A DNA stretch of 63,057 nt, filler included, from Licmophora abbreviata (Eukaryota): the NCBI GenBank assembly GCA_900291995.1. It is 14 parts of 14 records of this genome, joined end to end, with 100 filler letters (N's around TTAATTAATTAA, not from the genome) between each part and the next. Parts side by side here need not be neighbours in the genome. Positions count along the whole stretch, not along the records: positions 46,650 to 58,835 come from OLMU01003623.1; positions 58,936 to 61,402 come from OLMU01003625.1; 12 more parts are not named here. The stretch is one strand, 5' to 3'. The first letter of the stretch is position 1; every line of letters starts with the position of its first letter. Both the position numbers and the translations under genes were made by a program. Below are positions 46,730 to 58,940 of this stretch, one piece after another. The notes beneath the pieces were generated by a model. It did not search any database. It was not told the DNA's origin and saw only the letters and a list, made by a program, of their open reading frames with translations.

Positions 46730-49700
46730 TCACCTCTTTCTCTTTCCACCTTTTCGTACGACGGTCGACATCTGTTCGACAGTGCCTCGACGGTTTTTCT
46801 TGGAGTAACTCTTTCCATCCAAGGGGACGTAAGCGTACGGCTCATACTTCTGTCCCTTTTTCTTCACGTCGCCGCCGGCTTTCCTTGACTTATACGCAGC
46901 GCCAAGGGATTTCGCCTGCTTGTGCTTCTGGTTCTTCTTTTTCGCCTCGTCTCTGGTAGCCTTGGCACTCTCGAATTTGCTCAGTCGACGTTTCTTTCCT
47001 GGAATCTCTTCGTCCGCATCCGTTGCATCCCCATCTTCCTTGTTGGTTGGCGCGTCCATCATATTATCGCGTACAATTAGTCTACCTGTCTCATCAAATT
47101 CCACGCTGCCATCGTCCATGTCGCTGTCGCCCGAGTCCTCGTCAGCGAAGTGAACGCTTTTTGCCAATCTAGGACTAAGCATGTCCATAACCTCCCCGTC
47201 GGCCTCTGCTCTGAGACGAGGGGCCGCTTCCGTCTTACGACTCTTGTTACTGGCGACAGTCGATGCGGCCAGGCTTCGTCGCTGGCTGCGTTCAATGGCC
47301 GCGGTTCGGACGCTTTTGCCCGCAGCAGCCGTCATTCTGGTAAATCCGGTGGCACCCGTCATCAGCGTGCGACCATCGTCCGAGTCTTCCTCGTCCGATT
47401 CCATTAGAGATTCAAAGTTGTCCGTCTCAATGTGCTCGTCTTCTCGCTGAGCAGCCTTGCGGCGTGCGGCTCGTTCCGACAGTTTGCGCATATGGGTCAG
47501 CAGTCTCGTGTCGGTCTCAGGAAGCAAAGGCATGAGAGCGTCGTAGCCATACAGACGGACAAGCTTCTTCAAGATGATCTTGATTTTGGCCCGAAACCTG
47601 TCCTTGCCCTTGTGGTACTTGAGGAGCCCACCGACCAAGTCTGGAAGAAGTGGCTCCAATTGGTCGGACGACATGGCCGTGACACTGACTCGAACAAAGC
47701 TAATGACGCTTTTGATAACTTCTCTTGCGTCCTCGTCGAATAGAACAATCACGGTCTGCAACAACGACGGCAATAGAGAAAACATGATCTCGTCGACTCT
47801 GGCAAATTCGAACACAAGACGTGACATTGCCATAACTGCTGCAGATCGCATGTGTGGGGACTGTGCTCCAAGGCCTGCCATCACGACCCGAAAGAAGTCT
47901 GTCTTGTCGCTCTGCAAGCTGTACATGGACAAGAGTAATTGGTAGGCTGCCTCTCGCGTCTTACCGTTGGAATCTTTCAAACAGAGAAGGATTTCGGGGA
48001 CAACTCTGGGGATTACGTCCTATAGAATGCGAAAAAGGATTGGTGAAAGTTCATGAGTTTTTACTGTGACCAGAAAGCCTGCCCACTCTTTAGCCCCATC
48101 AATCGAACGCACCAGATGCTGTCTATTCGACGAGTCCAATCCATTGAATATGATCCCCATACACTTGAGACGCATGTGCCTAGCAGATACATGACAGGTC
48201 ATGATAGACCCTACCAGAAGATCCGTCAGCTCCTTCAAACGCTGGAGCTCCGCGGTAAACTCTCCATGGTTGCGGCAAATCTCAAACATCACCTTGTACG
48301 CTTTCTTCTGCACTCGCGCTTCGTACTCGTCGGTTCGAATAAACGGTTTGACAGCCCGATATAGGAGACTGACACTGGCGTCGTCGAGCGCCTCCGAATG
48401 CACCAAGGCTTGGCTCAACCCCAATAGGATACATATCCTCGCAGTCTCGTCCTGTTCCGACTGTGTCGCCGTCAACAAACGCTGCATGATTTTCTTGAAC
48501 AAGCTCTGCACAAAAGCGTTCGGAGCCAAACGAGAAAATTCTGCGATTGTCTCGCATACAGTCTGTGCCGTCTGGGAATCATGCGACGAAATCTGTTGCG
48601 AGCGGGCATCGGTTTCCATGTCATCGGGGTCGTGTTCAGGTCTACTCCTGTTCGCCGCTCCATGTAGCGTTTCGACAAGCTTGAACAAAGTCGGCAAGAC
48701 GCTCGTGGATGCTTCCGACAGCACGTTTGCGTCGATCTCAGCACTCGTGGTGTCACCCCCTTCATCCACTCGCGCGTTGACGCCCCGAGCCAGGGCAGTC
48801 AGCCCGCTGCAGATTATTGGCTGGACAGTGAACGGAAAAACTGTGTTAGGTCCAACGGAATCGCAACTCATGAGGAAAAAATCATTCGAAGACTTACCAC
48901 AAGCTGGGGGTATCTCGTATCGCTCGTTGCCCGCATCAGCGTCGGTGCCAGTGACGGAAAGGTCGATTCCGCATCGACTGGATTTAGACAAAACAAGGGA
49001 AAAGTGCCCACAGTTCAACAACACGTGCTCTGTGTGCCGTCGCATCAACGATCTTGACATTCGTCGTGCTGTAAGTATCGCATCGACGAGCCATCTCCAG
49101 AATTGTGGATTGAAAGAACTGGAGGCGTGGTCGTCGTGGGACAGCGGCTGTAGCCGAGTTGCGCATCATGGGCAAAAGCCATGCTCTGCTCATACTCACA
49201 ACTTACATTGGACCAAATAAAGGTCGCTGTGAGAATCCAAGGAGCAACGTGACAAAAGCAATCTTACACCATACCGCAGCCTACCTTCGTTGCCCTTCGT
49301 GTGCTTGGATGATTTCATCCTGGTCGAAGGCAACACCGGTGTCGCCTCTCTAAATTTGACCCATTGCCAGAATTTCTCAATGCCAACACCTTGAACCAAT
49401 GATCCCATTGAATCCTCGATAGCTTGACTAGCCAGCGCATCTGAAGCTACATCACCGCGAAGTTCAATCAAAGCCTCTACCGTTCGCGAGACCTGTTCCG
49501 GTTTGTCTTCCATAAGGTGCAGTAGAAGGGCTAGGGCTTGCAATGTGACTGACCACGACGGACGAAAAGAGTGGTGCAGTAGCGACTCCATACCCAGCAG
49601 GCAGTCACGTAGACAACGGTCAAGCTCAGTGTCGGAATTGTCGTGTTTCAATATGGGCGCGAGGCACACTCGGAACAGTCTCGTCAATTCGACCATGAGA

Positions 49701-50872
49701 GTCTGTGCCACCTCGACAGTGACCTCTTCATCCAAGGGACGCGATATCTGAATGACCATTTGAATAGCTAATGGAAGCAATTTGTAACCTACTTGCGGGT
49801 TTGAGTTGAGAACACGAGCGCTCGCAATCAGGAGCGCGCGTCCGTAGAGAATCCTCCCGGATTCGGAGATACCAGCATTGCATTGACCCCAAAGTACGGA
49901 TGGACGCCCCTGCAACAAGCTGGCCAAGACTCGTTCTGCAAAACTGTCAAGAATGGTCTTGCGACCGTCTCCGTCGTCTTCTAACATGCTCACAATCACC
50001 GACAAGAGACCATTGATGACTACTACCGTGGAAGTCATGTCTTTGCGTGAGAGATTCACGACAAAGTCGTTCGTGGTATCACTCGATTTGGCCTGCAAGA
50101 TTGCCATTAGGAGTTCCATCAAGTCTGTTCTCAGCCTCCTTGAGTCCAAGTACTGAATAGAGCGTTCCAGGAACCCCAAAAGGGGCAAGAGGTGTGACGT
50201 GTCTTTGCGATGCTGCTTTCTTGCCATGGTAAGTTGCGAGTGTGCGTGGGAAGTAACAGACTTTCGAATGGCCGCATGACACGATTCTGTACTCATGAGT
50301 ATCTCACAGGTTCCGTTCATGGTTGCGTTTTGCACTGTAGGGCGTCGATCTTCAAACAAGGACAGCAACGTGCCCAAGAAGAATGTCTGCACCGTTTTCT
50401 CCGCGGCACTGTTTGGAATTCGTATCAAAATTTGCGTTGCGGCCCGGCACACGCCTCGCAGCACCGCAGTTATACCTCGAAGCCCATCAGATGCTTCCAG
50501 ATTAGTAGGACTCCCACTCAGCTCCTGACAAAACGTGATGACACTTTGCAGGACGCGGGATGCGACCGTCAAGGTTGCCGTCAATGCCGCCGGCGACACG
50601 AACGGCGCCGTGATACTGATAATCTCCAGCAAAGCATTCTGGGTTGCAAGTGCGTCACCACTCTCTTGCTGTAAGGTTCTTTCCACGGATGACAGAGTGG
50701 CGGCATAGACTTTCGTTGGTACAGCTGTCAGATCGTCGTCTTGGGCAACCACGTCTAGCATGGCAGACGCCACGGCCGCCAACCGAATGGCCTGAGGATC
50801 GCGTCGCGTGGCAGTCGAAAGTTTCTTCATGCTCTCTAGCAGTTCCATAGAGGAGTATGTTTCTTCCATCAT
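46730..50872 (-). CDS. RRP12: RRP12-like ribosome biogenesis HEAT-repeat protein (apparent 1-nt frameshift)
   Basis: Introns about 49202-49284, 48821-48897, 48020-48112. Motifs RAWLLPMMR, LWALFPCFC, VQKKAYK, EILLCLKDSNGKTREAAY and the C-terminal signature GGDVKKKGQKYEPYAYVPL. The frame is broken at the A4 run 48990-48993. Confidence 0.9.
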
Positions 50873-51265
50873 CGCGTATTGATGATACGCCAGTAACGTT
50901 TTGGCAAACAAGGGACCCACTTCGACGCGCCGACGCCGACTACTTTCATCATTCTTTGATTTTGTTCTGTGGAGGGGAAATCACACGCTTTCGAATTCAA
51001 TGGCCATGACGAAAGCGCGCCATTTTTTGTCATTGGTATGAATCGGACACAGGTACAGACGCACTTATGGTACCTCGTGGCGCGCGCACGTGCGTGTTCG
51101 AACGTGACGGGTGTTGTGAGAATGTTGAACGTTCTGTTCCACTTTTTGTCGTCGTGTGTCCCATGCATTGGTCGTCGCATTTGGTGGAGGAATCGAGAGT
51201 CTACATCGTCTTAGAACAGGCTTGCTTTTTGGCTTCTGCTTTGTTAAACTTTAGAACACGCGAAA

Positions 51266-52648
51266 ATGGCATCGACGGCTGCAGCGGCTGTCGCATCCCG
51301 CTCCTTGTGGTCCCAGGCCAAGTCGGTTCCCGCCCGCTATCCCTTCGCTTTCGGTGTGATTCTGTCGGGTTTCAAGACTTCTGCTTCTGACTTGTTGGTT
51401 CAGAAAGTTGTCGAGCAGCGTGAAGAGGTTGATTGGAAACGTAATTCCGCCTTCGCTGCCTTTGGCTTTTGCTATCTGGGAGGTGTCCAGTACAGTATCT
51501 ATGTCAATTTGTTTGGACGAATGTTTCCCCGTGCCGCCGGCTTTGCAGCCGCGCCACTGCGACAGAAAGTCAAGGATTTCCAGGGCATGCTGAGTCTGGG
51601 AGCACAAGTCTTTCTAGATCAGTGCGTGCATCATCCGCTCATGTACTTTCCGGCCTTTTATTGTACCAAAGAACTTGTCATGAGTCAAGAACCTGATTTC
51701 AAGAAAGTTCTGACCAAGTATCGAGAGAACATGGCGGAGGACCTGGCGGCGCTCTGGAAGATATGGGTTCCGGCCACACTTTTTAACTTTGCCTTCATGC
51801 CCATGTATGCTCGTATTCCCTTCGTGGCAGGTGTGTCGCTGTTATGGACTTCTGTCTTGTCTGCCATGCGCGGAGGAGACGTTGCTCATGGAGAGGACAT
51901 GGCCGGTAACGCCGTGACAGGGGCGACGCTGCAAATCTTCCAAGAGGGCATGCAAGAGTACTTTACGTGTCCTGTTGAATTGGATAAGAACCTGAGCCAC
52001 ATTGTTGTTTCGGCCTCGGGTCCTGACAAGGTTGGATGGGTTGCCATGCTGGCAGGTACCGTTGCCGCGGAAGGAGGGAATGTGACTTTCTCCAAAATGG
52101 TGCGACTGGGACAAGAATTCATTATACTCATGCACGTTTCCGTGCCACCCGAGCAGAAAAGTAACTTGCTCAAGTCACTTAAGAGCAAGGAGCTAAAGCC
52201 ACTCAATATCCGCACCTCCGGACTCACTCGGCGGATGACGGGCAAGTACGACAAGCCCACGATAGGGTTTCAGATTCACTGTGTCGGAGAAGACAAGTAA
52301 GTGGGATTATGCCATTGGGACAAATGAAAGCGCTTCTGTGTCACAAATCGTATGCTCATGCGTGCCGTTTCTTCGTCGGCCTTATTGCACGGTAGACCAG
52401 GAATGCTAGCGTCAGTCTCAGATAAGATCACCCAACGCGGACTATCGCTGGAGAATGTTTCGACGGATCTGCGCATGGGCAAAGGAGGAAGAAGAGACTT
52501 TGTCGTGAATGCGGATTGTACAACTCCAGTATCGCTGGACCAGGAGCACTTGCAGGAAGTTGTGAATGATCTTTCAACTCTGAAGAATAGTTTGGACCTT
52601 GATGTTCTGGACGTGCGCGTCCATCGCCAGAAGACGGTAGGGGAGTAG
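51266..52648 (+). CDS. Mpv17/PMP22-family membrane protein fused to two ACT domains
   Basis: Exons 51266-52296 and 52396-52648. Mpv17 motifs DLLVQ, DWKR, FLDQ, IWVPA...NFAFMP...R.PFV..VSLLWT..LS. ACT1 VVSASGPDKVGWVAML...GGNV..SKMVRLGQEF. ACT2 (spliced) IHCVGEDKPGMLASVS...GLSLENVST. Confidence 0.87.
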
Positions 52649-52791
52649 GTCATGGAACACTTGCTGTGAACATCTACTAGCTGATAGAGTGCATCAACGT
52701 ACATGTTTTATTTTACAAAATACGAGTTTGAGTATTGTTTTCCTGGTCTTCCCACCATTCCGAACCAGTTGCTGTCTGAATAGAAACGTCT

Positions 52792-53964
52792 CTAACGTTT
52801 CTTGCTACTAGTCTGTGGCACTCCCGTGTTGGAAGTGAATCCCAGTCCTACTCCATGTGCCCCTGGCTCGGCTTTGCCAAAGCCGGCAAGCGGGCTCACT
52901 GTCCTGCATATTGGACAAATAACGAACTCTGCCGAGCTCATGCAATTCAATGTTGCCCCGCAGTCCATGCAGTCGATCTTGGTGATGTTACCATCGCGAA
53001 TGGCCTGGCGAGTTTCGTAGGAGCCACGCAGTGACACTTCGGTACCAGGCATGACCTGAACAGTGAAGGCGTTGGCTTCCTCCGTCTCCCATTCTTCCTT
53101 CCCAAAGAGTGAGCGAGAGGATGAGAACAGGAGGCAGTCCTTCCTGCTCATTTGTCGAATCATCTGGGGCCTTCCACCTCGATCCGCCTGCTCGGGCGCC
53201 TTTCTTTGTGAGCGGCCTCTGAAAAGTGACGGTCGACCTCGTCTTGTTGGAGAGTCTCCGCTTGTGGATTCGGGTCGTACTGCCGATTGCAAGTTTTTCT
53301 GGCTTCCGCCTCGATGGCAATTCTTGGGAGATGCAGTGAACTGCTGCTCGACATGACGATGGTCAGATGGTCTCGGTGATACATTGTGTCGCTCATTGTT
53401 CGCTACATTTGTGCTAGGATAGATGTGCTCTTCCATGCTGACTGGTGGAATCGAGCGATGTTCGAAGGTTTGTACAGATTGATACCGAGGTGCGGGGGGA
53501 GCAACGCGCTCCTTCCTGCTCGGACAAGGAACACCTGGAAAGTCACGGGTGAATTCATCTGCAAGAAGAGGTCTCACTGGATAGACGGCTGGCTTGGTCC
53601 TCAAGGGTTGTTGATCGATTGTCGGCACGTCCATCGGTGCTGGTTTCGCGGAATGGGCGACTGGCCGAGTATGGCGCGCATCGTGTCTGGGAGGAAGACC
53701 TGACACCACTGCTTTCAAGCTAGCCAGCACGTCTTCGTAGTCATCTTCTTTGGGTTCCGCATGCGATGCTTTGTCAATAAAGTCCAACTCTTCCAAGCTT
53801 GGGTAAAGGGTCATCATGCTAGCTTGCGTCTTGTTGGTGGTGACACTCGATGGAGTGGCACACAGATTTGACACATCCACCAGACGACCATCGACCCGGA
53901 GCATTGTCGACCTTCGACGAGAACTTATAGGTCGAGAGTTGTTATTGTAAAAGGATGTTTCCAT
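52792..53964 (-). CDS. Hypothetical protein with C-terminal C4 zinc-ribbon
   Basis: Intronless 390-aa ORF. Disordered N-terminus; C-terminus LRGSYET...CMDC-x14-CPIC...GVGLGF. Confidence 0.75.
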   Translation of the reverse strand: METSFYNNNSRPISSRRRSTMLRVDGRLVDVSNLCATPSSVTTNKTQASMMTLYPSLEELDFIDKASHAEPKEDDYEDVLASLKAVVSGLPPRHDARHTRPVAHSAKPAPMDVPTIDQQPLRTKPAVYPVRPLLADEFTRDFPGVPCPSRKERVAPPAPRYQSVQTFEHRSIPPVSMEEHIYPSTNVANNERHNVSPRPSDHRHVEQQFTASPKNCHRGGSQKNLQSAVRPESTSGDSPTRRGRPSLFRGRSQRKAPEQADRGGRPQMIRQMSRKDCLLFSSSRSLFGKEEWETEEANAFTVQVMPGTEVSLRGSYETRQAIRDGNITKIDCMDCGATLNCMSSAEFVICPICRTVSPLAGFGKAEPGAHGVGLGFTSNTGVPQTSSKKR

Positions 53965-54549
53965 GATGGTTGTCGATGAGAAGACTCACTTGCGTAAAGT
54001 GGGGGGAGGATCACTTCCTGTTCTTGTCATTCCAAAGGGTCAATCACTCCCAATGGAGTTATGGAAATTGAAGTAACAGTCTTGGCGAGCAGGAAGGCTG
54101 TACTATGATTACATAAGCCTACACCGGAAACCGTGACATGAATAGAGGCATGTGTTCTGTCAATGACCTGAATGGCATAAGAAAAGGTCATTTGTGAGTT
54201 CGATGACTGTCATGACACATTCAAACATTTTCAATTCTCGACTGCGTGCCTGCCAGTCTGTTCGTTGCAGGCTCTTTGCTTCAAGCTCTCGTGCATGATA
54301 GGAAATAGATTGTCTGTGTGCGGAGTTTCAAGCTGGTCATTGCTTTGCTCACGTACAAGCTACGTGAAATCAGTACTGAAAACAGGGATTGATCTCACGG
54401 CGAGGACGCACGATGACGGCTCCTGACAGAAACGGGAAATGGTGCGGCAGCGGGTAGGCCGAGGGATCAGTAATCGCGGACGTCCCGCCAGAATGACAGA
54501 GTCTCTTGAGCGAGAACATTCGAACTCCTCTTTGATAGAAGACAATATC

Positions 54550-55887
54550 ATGCGATCCGCTGCTTCTGGGACGAGAGGGTGAGTAACTCGCGAGTGCCGC
54601 CGTACGCCTATCTGAGGATGTGGCGTCGTACGTGCTCTTTCATCAGGAGAGGCATGCGTCAATCGACTGCTTCGTTGCTTCTCTTGCGTTCCGTCCGTTT
54701 GTTACTGCGTTCTCCACCACTGACGCGTCCCCGTGTCTGCGTCTGTCTCTGCCTCCAGCCAAATGCAGCCACTGATGGTCGAAGAGTCGTCCAGCAACAG
54801 CAAGAGCGAAATCCCCATGGGCGACGCTGCCGGAGCCGGGGGCGGCACAGAAAACTTTCTTGATTCTCTCTTTGCCAACACAAGCAATCCTGAGTTCTTC
54901 AAGCAAGCCTTCAAGTTTGCCCTGTGCTTCTGCGGTCTACAAGCGTCGTACTTGACTTGGGGATACATGCAGGAGCTCATCATGACCACGACCTTTTCAC
55001 CGACGCCGCTTGTTCCCGACGGTCGATTCCCATCGGCGGCCTTTGCAGTCTTTAGCAACCGCTTTCTCGCTGTACTCGTGGCCATGGTTGCGGTCAAGAT
55101 ACGCCATGGTTCTGTCTTTCAAAACAACAAGGCTCCACTTCTCGCCTTCACTCCCTGTGCCCTCAGCAACACGATGAGTTCATGGAGTCAGTACGCTTCA
55201 CTGAAGTATGTCTCGTTTCCCGTGCAGACAGTCTTCAAAAGTTCCAAGATTATCCCTGTCATGATCATGGGGAAGGTTCTCAAAGGAACATCGTACCCAT
55301 TGAGCCAGTACGCGGAGGCATTCTTGATTACTGTCGGAGTGGCTGTCTTTTCTGTTGCCAGCAAGAGCTCGTCTGGTGAGGCGAGCACCGAGCTCGTCGG
55401 TCTCTTGTTTTTGCTGCTCTACATTTCGTTCGACTCGTTCACATCGCAATGGCAGGACAAGGTGTACACCAAGTATGGACGCGCGAACGTGGATGCCTAT
55501 CAGATGATGCTCGGAGTCAACTCGTCTGCCATTGTCATTACGACCATCGGCCTCCTTGTTTCTGGGGACTTTCCGGTCGTCATTGAGTTCCTCAAGGCGA
55601 ACCCGCAAGTCTTTACGTACAATGTCATTACCGCCATCACATCGGCATCGGGACAGCTGTGTATCTTTGTCACCATCAAGGAGTTTGGGCCCATTGTCTT
55701 TACGATCATCATGACGACTCGGCAGATGTTTTCCATTTGCATCTCGGCGATTGTCTTTAGTCATCCAATCTCGGCGCTTGCTGCGGTGGGCGCCTTGTTG
55801 GTATTTGCTGTCCTGTTTTACCAGATTCGTCGGAAGTACATGGCACGACAGGCGGGCCGAGTTGTGGTCAGTGCGGGGACGCGCTAG
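54550..55887 (+). CDS. SLC35B2: UAA-family nucleotide-sugar/PAPS transporter, SLC35B2-like
   Basis: Probable short first exon 54550-54578 (intron 54579-54758, in frame). Motifs YLTWGYMQE, NRF, QYASLKYVSFPVQTVFKSSKIIPVM, FDSFTSQWQ, FTIIMTTRQ. Confidence 0.87.
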
Positions 55888-56072
55888 GCCGCTCGGGCTC
55901 GACGGACCAAGACGTGTGTGAAGGAAGGAAGATATCAACGATATTAGAATTTGTTTGTCTAATCACTCGGAAACGCTATACTGTGGGAAAACAGTAGATC
56001 AGAGGAATAAGTATATACGTGTTGTTTGGCTCTTCGCCCACTTTATTCATGAGTCGTGATTTATTTTTGAGT

Positions 56073-56709
56073 TCACTTGAACCACAGTCGTAATCGATAC
56101 GCATCTCCCCAGTTGAGATAGTATCGCACCAACAGCTCTTCGCACACAAACCCAAATCGATCTTGATACAACCGTTGCGCGGCCTTGTTGGACACTTCCG
56201 TTTCCAATGTCGCAGACGCGCATCCCATTTCCTTCATGCGTTTCAAGACTCGCGTGACCAAAGCAGCACCAATGCCCCTCCGCCGATACGAGGAACTGAC
56301 GGCCAGCATGCCAATGTAGCCCGTCGAGACGCCTTCAGCAGCGTCGTCGTCTTCACTATCAATCTTTCCCATGACACATCCAATGGGTTCGTTGGGATTG
56401 TCCTTGGGGACTGCCAGGATGCATAGTGTTGGATACCGAAACAAGAAGTAGCGATATGTAAAGACTAATGAATAGACCGCGTACAGGCAAGCGAAAAAAT
56501 GAGAGTTTTGTAGAGGTGATAATCTGTTTGTTCACCGCAGCATTTACAGTTTCCTTACTGGAGTATGGCTCCGAAAGATCATTTCCTACTAGATTCATGA
56601 CGCTGTCCAACTGCGACTCATCGTGGTAGTCCACAAAATCAATGCCGTCAATGGACACGCTATCAACAGTAGCTGGCGGCGACGTCATCACCGGTGTCGA
56701 GTCTGTCAT
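56073..56709 (-). CDS. NAA30: N-alpha-acetyltransferase 30 (NatC catalytic subunit, Mak3)
   Basis: Exons 56709-56559 and 56464-56073. Spliced DLSEPYSIFTYRYF, GYIGMLAV...RRRGIG, LETEVSN, RYYLNWGDAYRL. Confidence 0.93.
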
Positions 56710-57126
56710 GGCCTTGGAGTGTTTGATGGAATTTCAAGACGACAGTTGACGACTTAAGCAGTACTGCAGAATTTAAAGGTAATCCCGTCCCAACGATAAT
56801 AGCAATACGACGATCACTGGCGTCGATCTTGCCCAAACCGTATGATGCTCATCAAGCTCGAAGTGTGATGACGAATGATGCTCCGGCGCGCCTTTTTTTG
56901 GAGAGCTTCAAATGAAGTTGAAAGTACGAGCTCTAAAGGTTTTTTCGAGTCTCAATAGCGCGCGAATCCATCTGAGAGCGCGCGGCGACGCGACGAAAGA
57001 TGCGAGTGAGAAGGCAGGTTGAAGGTTTGATCGAGTGTTGCGATGCTGTGTGTGTTGATTATGACCATGGTGCAGCCGACGGCGCAGTCAGCATTGATTC
57101 CAAACTCCTGTTCTTACATCAGGACC

Positions 57127-57724
57127 ATGAGACCACCAGACAGAAGACGCCGTAGTCAGCCCTTTTTTGGTGGTCCTTCTTGCAAGTCAAGTGGTGGCCG
57201 CGGCGGTCGGATTTGTAGCCCTGTCTAAACAATCTACTCGAAATAAAAGGCTCGCAACGAACCGTCTTTGGCATCAACAACGCTTTATCCTACAACTACC
57301 AGTTTTATCAGACAAGTATATTGAAAATGATCTCGTAGCAATCCGACCATCCTCCGATTTGTCGCCTCCCCAAGCGACGACCAAGCCACGACTCTGCGTC
57401 GTGCGAACCGAGGGTTCCATTCTGCCGCTGTGTCGACACGAAGATGACGTCGAGACAGACCTATATAGTGATCCACGAACAGCCGCTGAAAGTATATGGA
57501 AAGATGTGGACGATACGCAAATCATAGGCACCTATGGAGAAGGCTGGTACGGACAACGGCCGGTTCCGAGTCTAGGCGGAGGTCCTGGCTACGGTGCCGA
57601 AGCGGACGAGGTTTGGAGCGTCGAGGAGAGTCTCCTTGCAGAACTAGAAGAAGATGGAGTTGAATTGCCGATTTTGGACGTTGGTATTGCCCACGGAGAA
57701 AAGGCTCGAGGAGGGGCATACTAG
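57127..57724 (+). CDS. Hypothetical protein, probably plastid-targeted (apparent 1-nt frameshift in signal peptide)
   Basis: ATG 57127 joins the 57167 ORF if T6 at 57163-57168 is T5, giving MRPPDRRRRSQPFLVVLLASQVVAAAVG-F. Gly-rich core GEGWYGQRPVPSLGGGPGYGAEADEVW. Confidence 0.68.
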
Positions 57725-57939
57725 CTGGCTCTAGTTTGACTCCTAACACTACGGAGGTAAAGCGTGTAACATGTTTATGCATACTGAATATTTCTCGCTG
57801 ACGAGAGTCACGACTGAGCACGACTTGTCTGTACTCTATACCTCGTGTATGTGACCGGCCTCACCATCTTTCGTGGCCTGCCACTTGGATGGGGCGACCG
57901 ACTCCCCTTCTCCTCCCGACAGTCGCTTGCTCATTGCTC

Positions 57940-58512
57940 TCACTGCAGAAAGACTTCATCGAAGCCATCCTCTTCTGGCTCATCTTCTCCTTCACTGTCT
58001 TCTTCGTCGAACAAAGACGAGGTCATAGAAGGTGATCCTAGAAACTCTTCTTGGTTGCTCGTATCATTGCGCGGATATTCTAAGCCTTTGACAGGAGCGG
58101 ACCTGTCGAGGAATTGGGTTTCCGACGAGATAATCACGCTGTGGGTCATTTCTCCTGGGGCATGTATAGACATTGACTCACACGTTGATCCGAGTGAGTA
58201 TCGTATGGCCTGGCTACAGACCAAAGAGTCCGAGTTTTCTAGTGAAGCTTTCATCTTGGCAGTCATCAACAGTCTACGTCTCTCTTCGGCTTGTGAGGCA
58301 GCCAAGTCGTCACGCTGGTTCCTCGCTTCAAGTTGTGCCTCCATGTCTCGCACCAGTACACGTTGTCGCTCCAACTCGACCTGGACGAGTTTGCGGAGTG
58401 ACGCACGATGCTCATCCTTGCGAGCCTCTTCCTCCTGCATGTTGTGCATACAGCAAACACCATTCATCATGGCGGAGGCCACGAGATTAATCAAAACGCC
58501 TTGACAGACCAT
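57940..58512 (-). CDS. Hypothetical protein (short coiled coil, acidic tail)
   Basis: 190-aa ORF with a plausible start context (CATC-ATG); no recognisable family. Confidence 0.5.
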   Translation of the reverse strand: MVCQGVLINLVASAMMNGVCCMHNMQEEEARKDEHRASLRKLVQVELERQRVLVRDMEAQLEARNQRDDLAASQAEERRRLLMTAKMKASLENSDSLVCSQAIRYSLGSTCESMSIHAPGEMTHSVIISSETQFLDRSAPVKGLEYPRNDTSNQEEFLGSPSMTSSLFDEEDSEGEDEPEEDGFDEVFLQ

Positions 58513-58835
58513 GATGTGGAAATTGTAGGAGATCTTCGAGGGAGATCAGATCAAGAAAATGAGCACAGTTGTGGACTGCTCGGCGTGGCCAAAATGTTGA
58601 TTGCAATCTAGGCGACTCCCGAGCACAACACGGAAAAGATGGGCGGAGCGTCAGGATGTCACGATCCAGGAAAGTGGGACTAGATCGTGGACTGCAGCAT
58701 GCCAGTCGTCTCCACGGACCGTTGACTGCCAGTTTGTATAGAGGACGCGCACCTCTGGGGGTACTCAGGCGGATTGACTGTCCTTGGCGGCCGCAGTGGG
58801 CCATGAGAGGGGTTACCCACCATCGCCCATCGTGT

Positions 58836-58935
58836 NNNNNNNNNNNNNNNNNNNNNNNNNNNNNNNNNNNNNNNNNNNNTTAATTAATTAANNNNNNNNN
58901 NNNNNNNNNNNNNNNNNNNNNNNNNNNNNNNNNNN
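58836..58935. other. Artificial scaffold linker
   Basis: N44-TTAATTAATTAA-N44. Confidence 0.99.
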
Positions 58936-58940
58936 CCATG

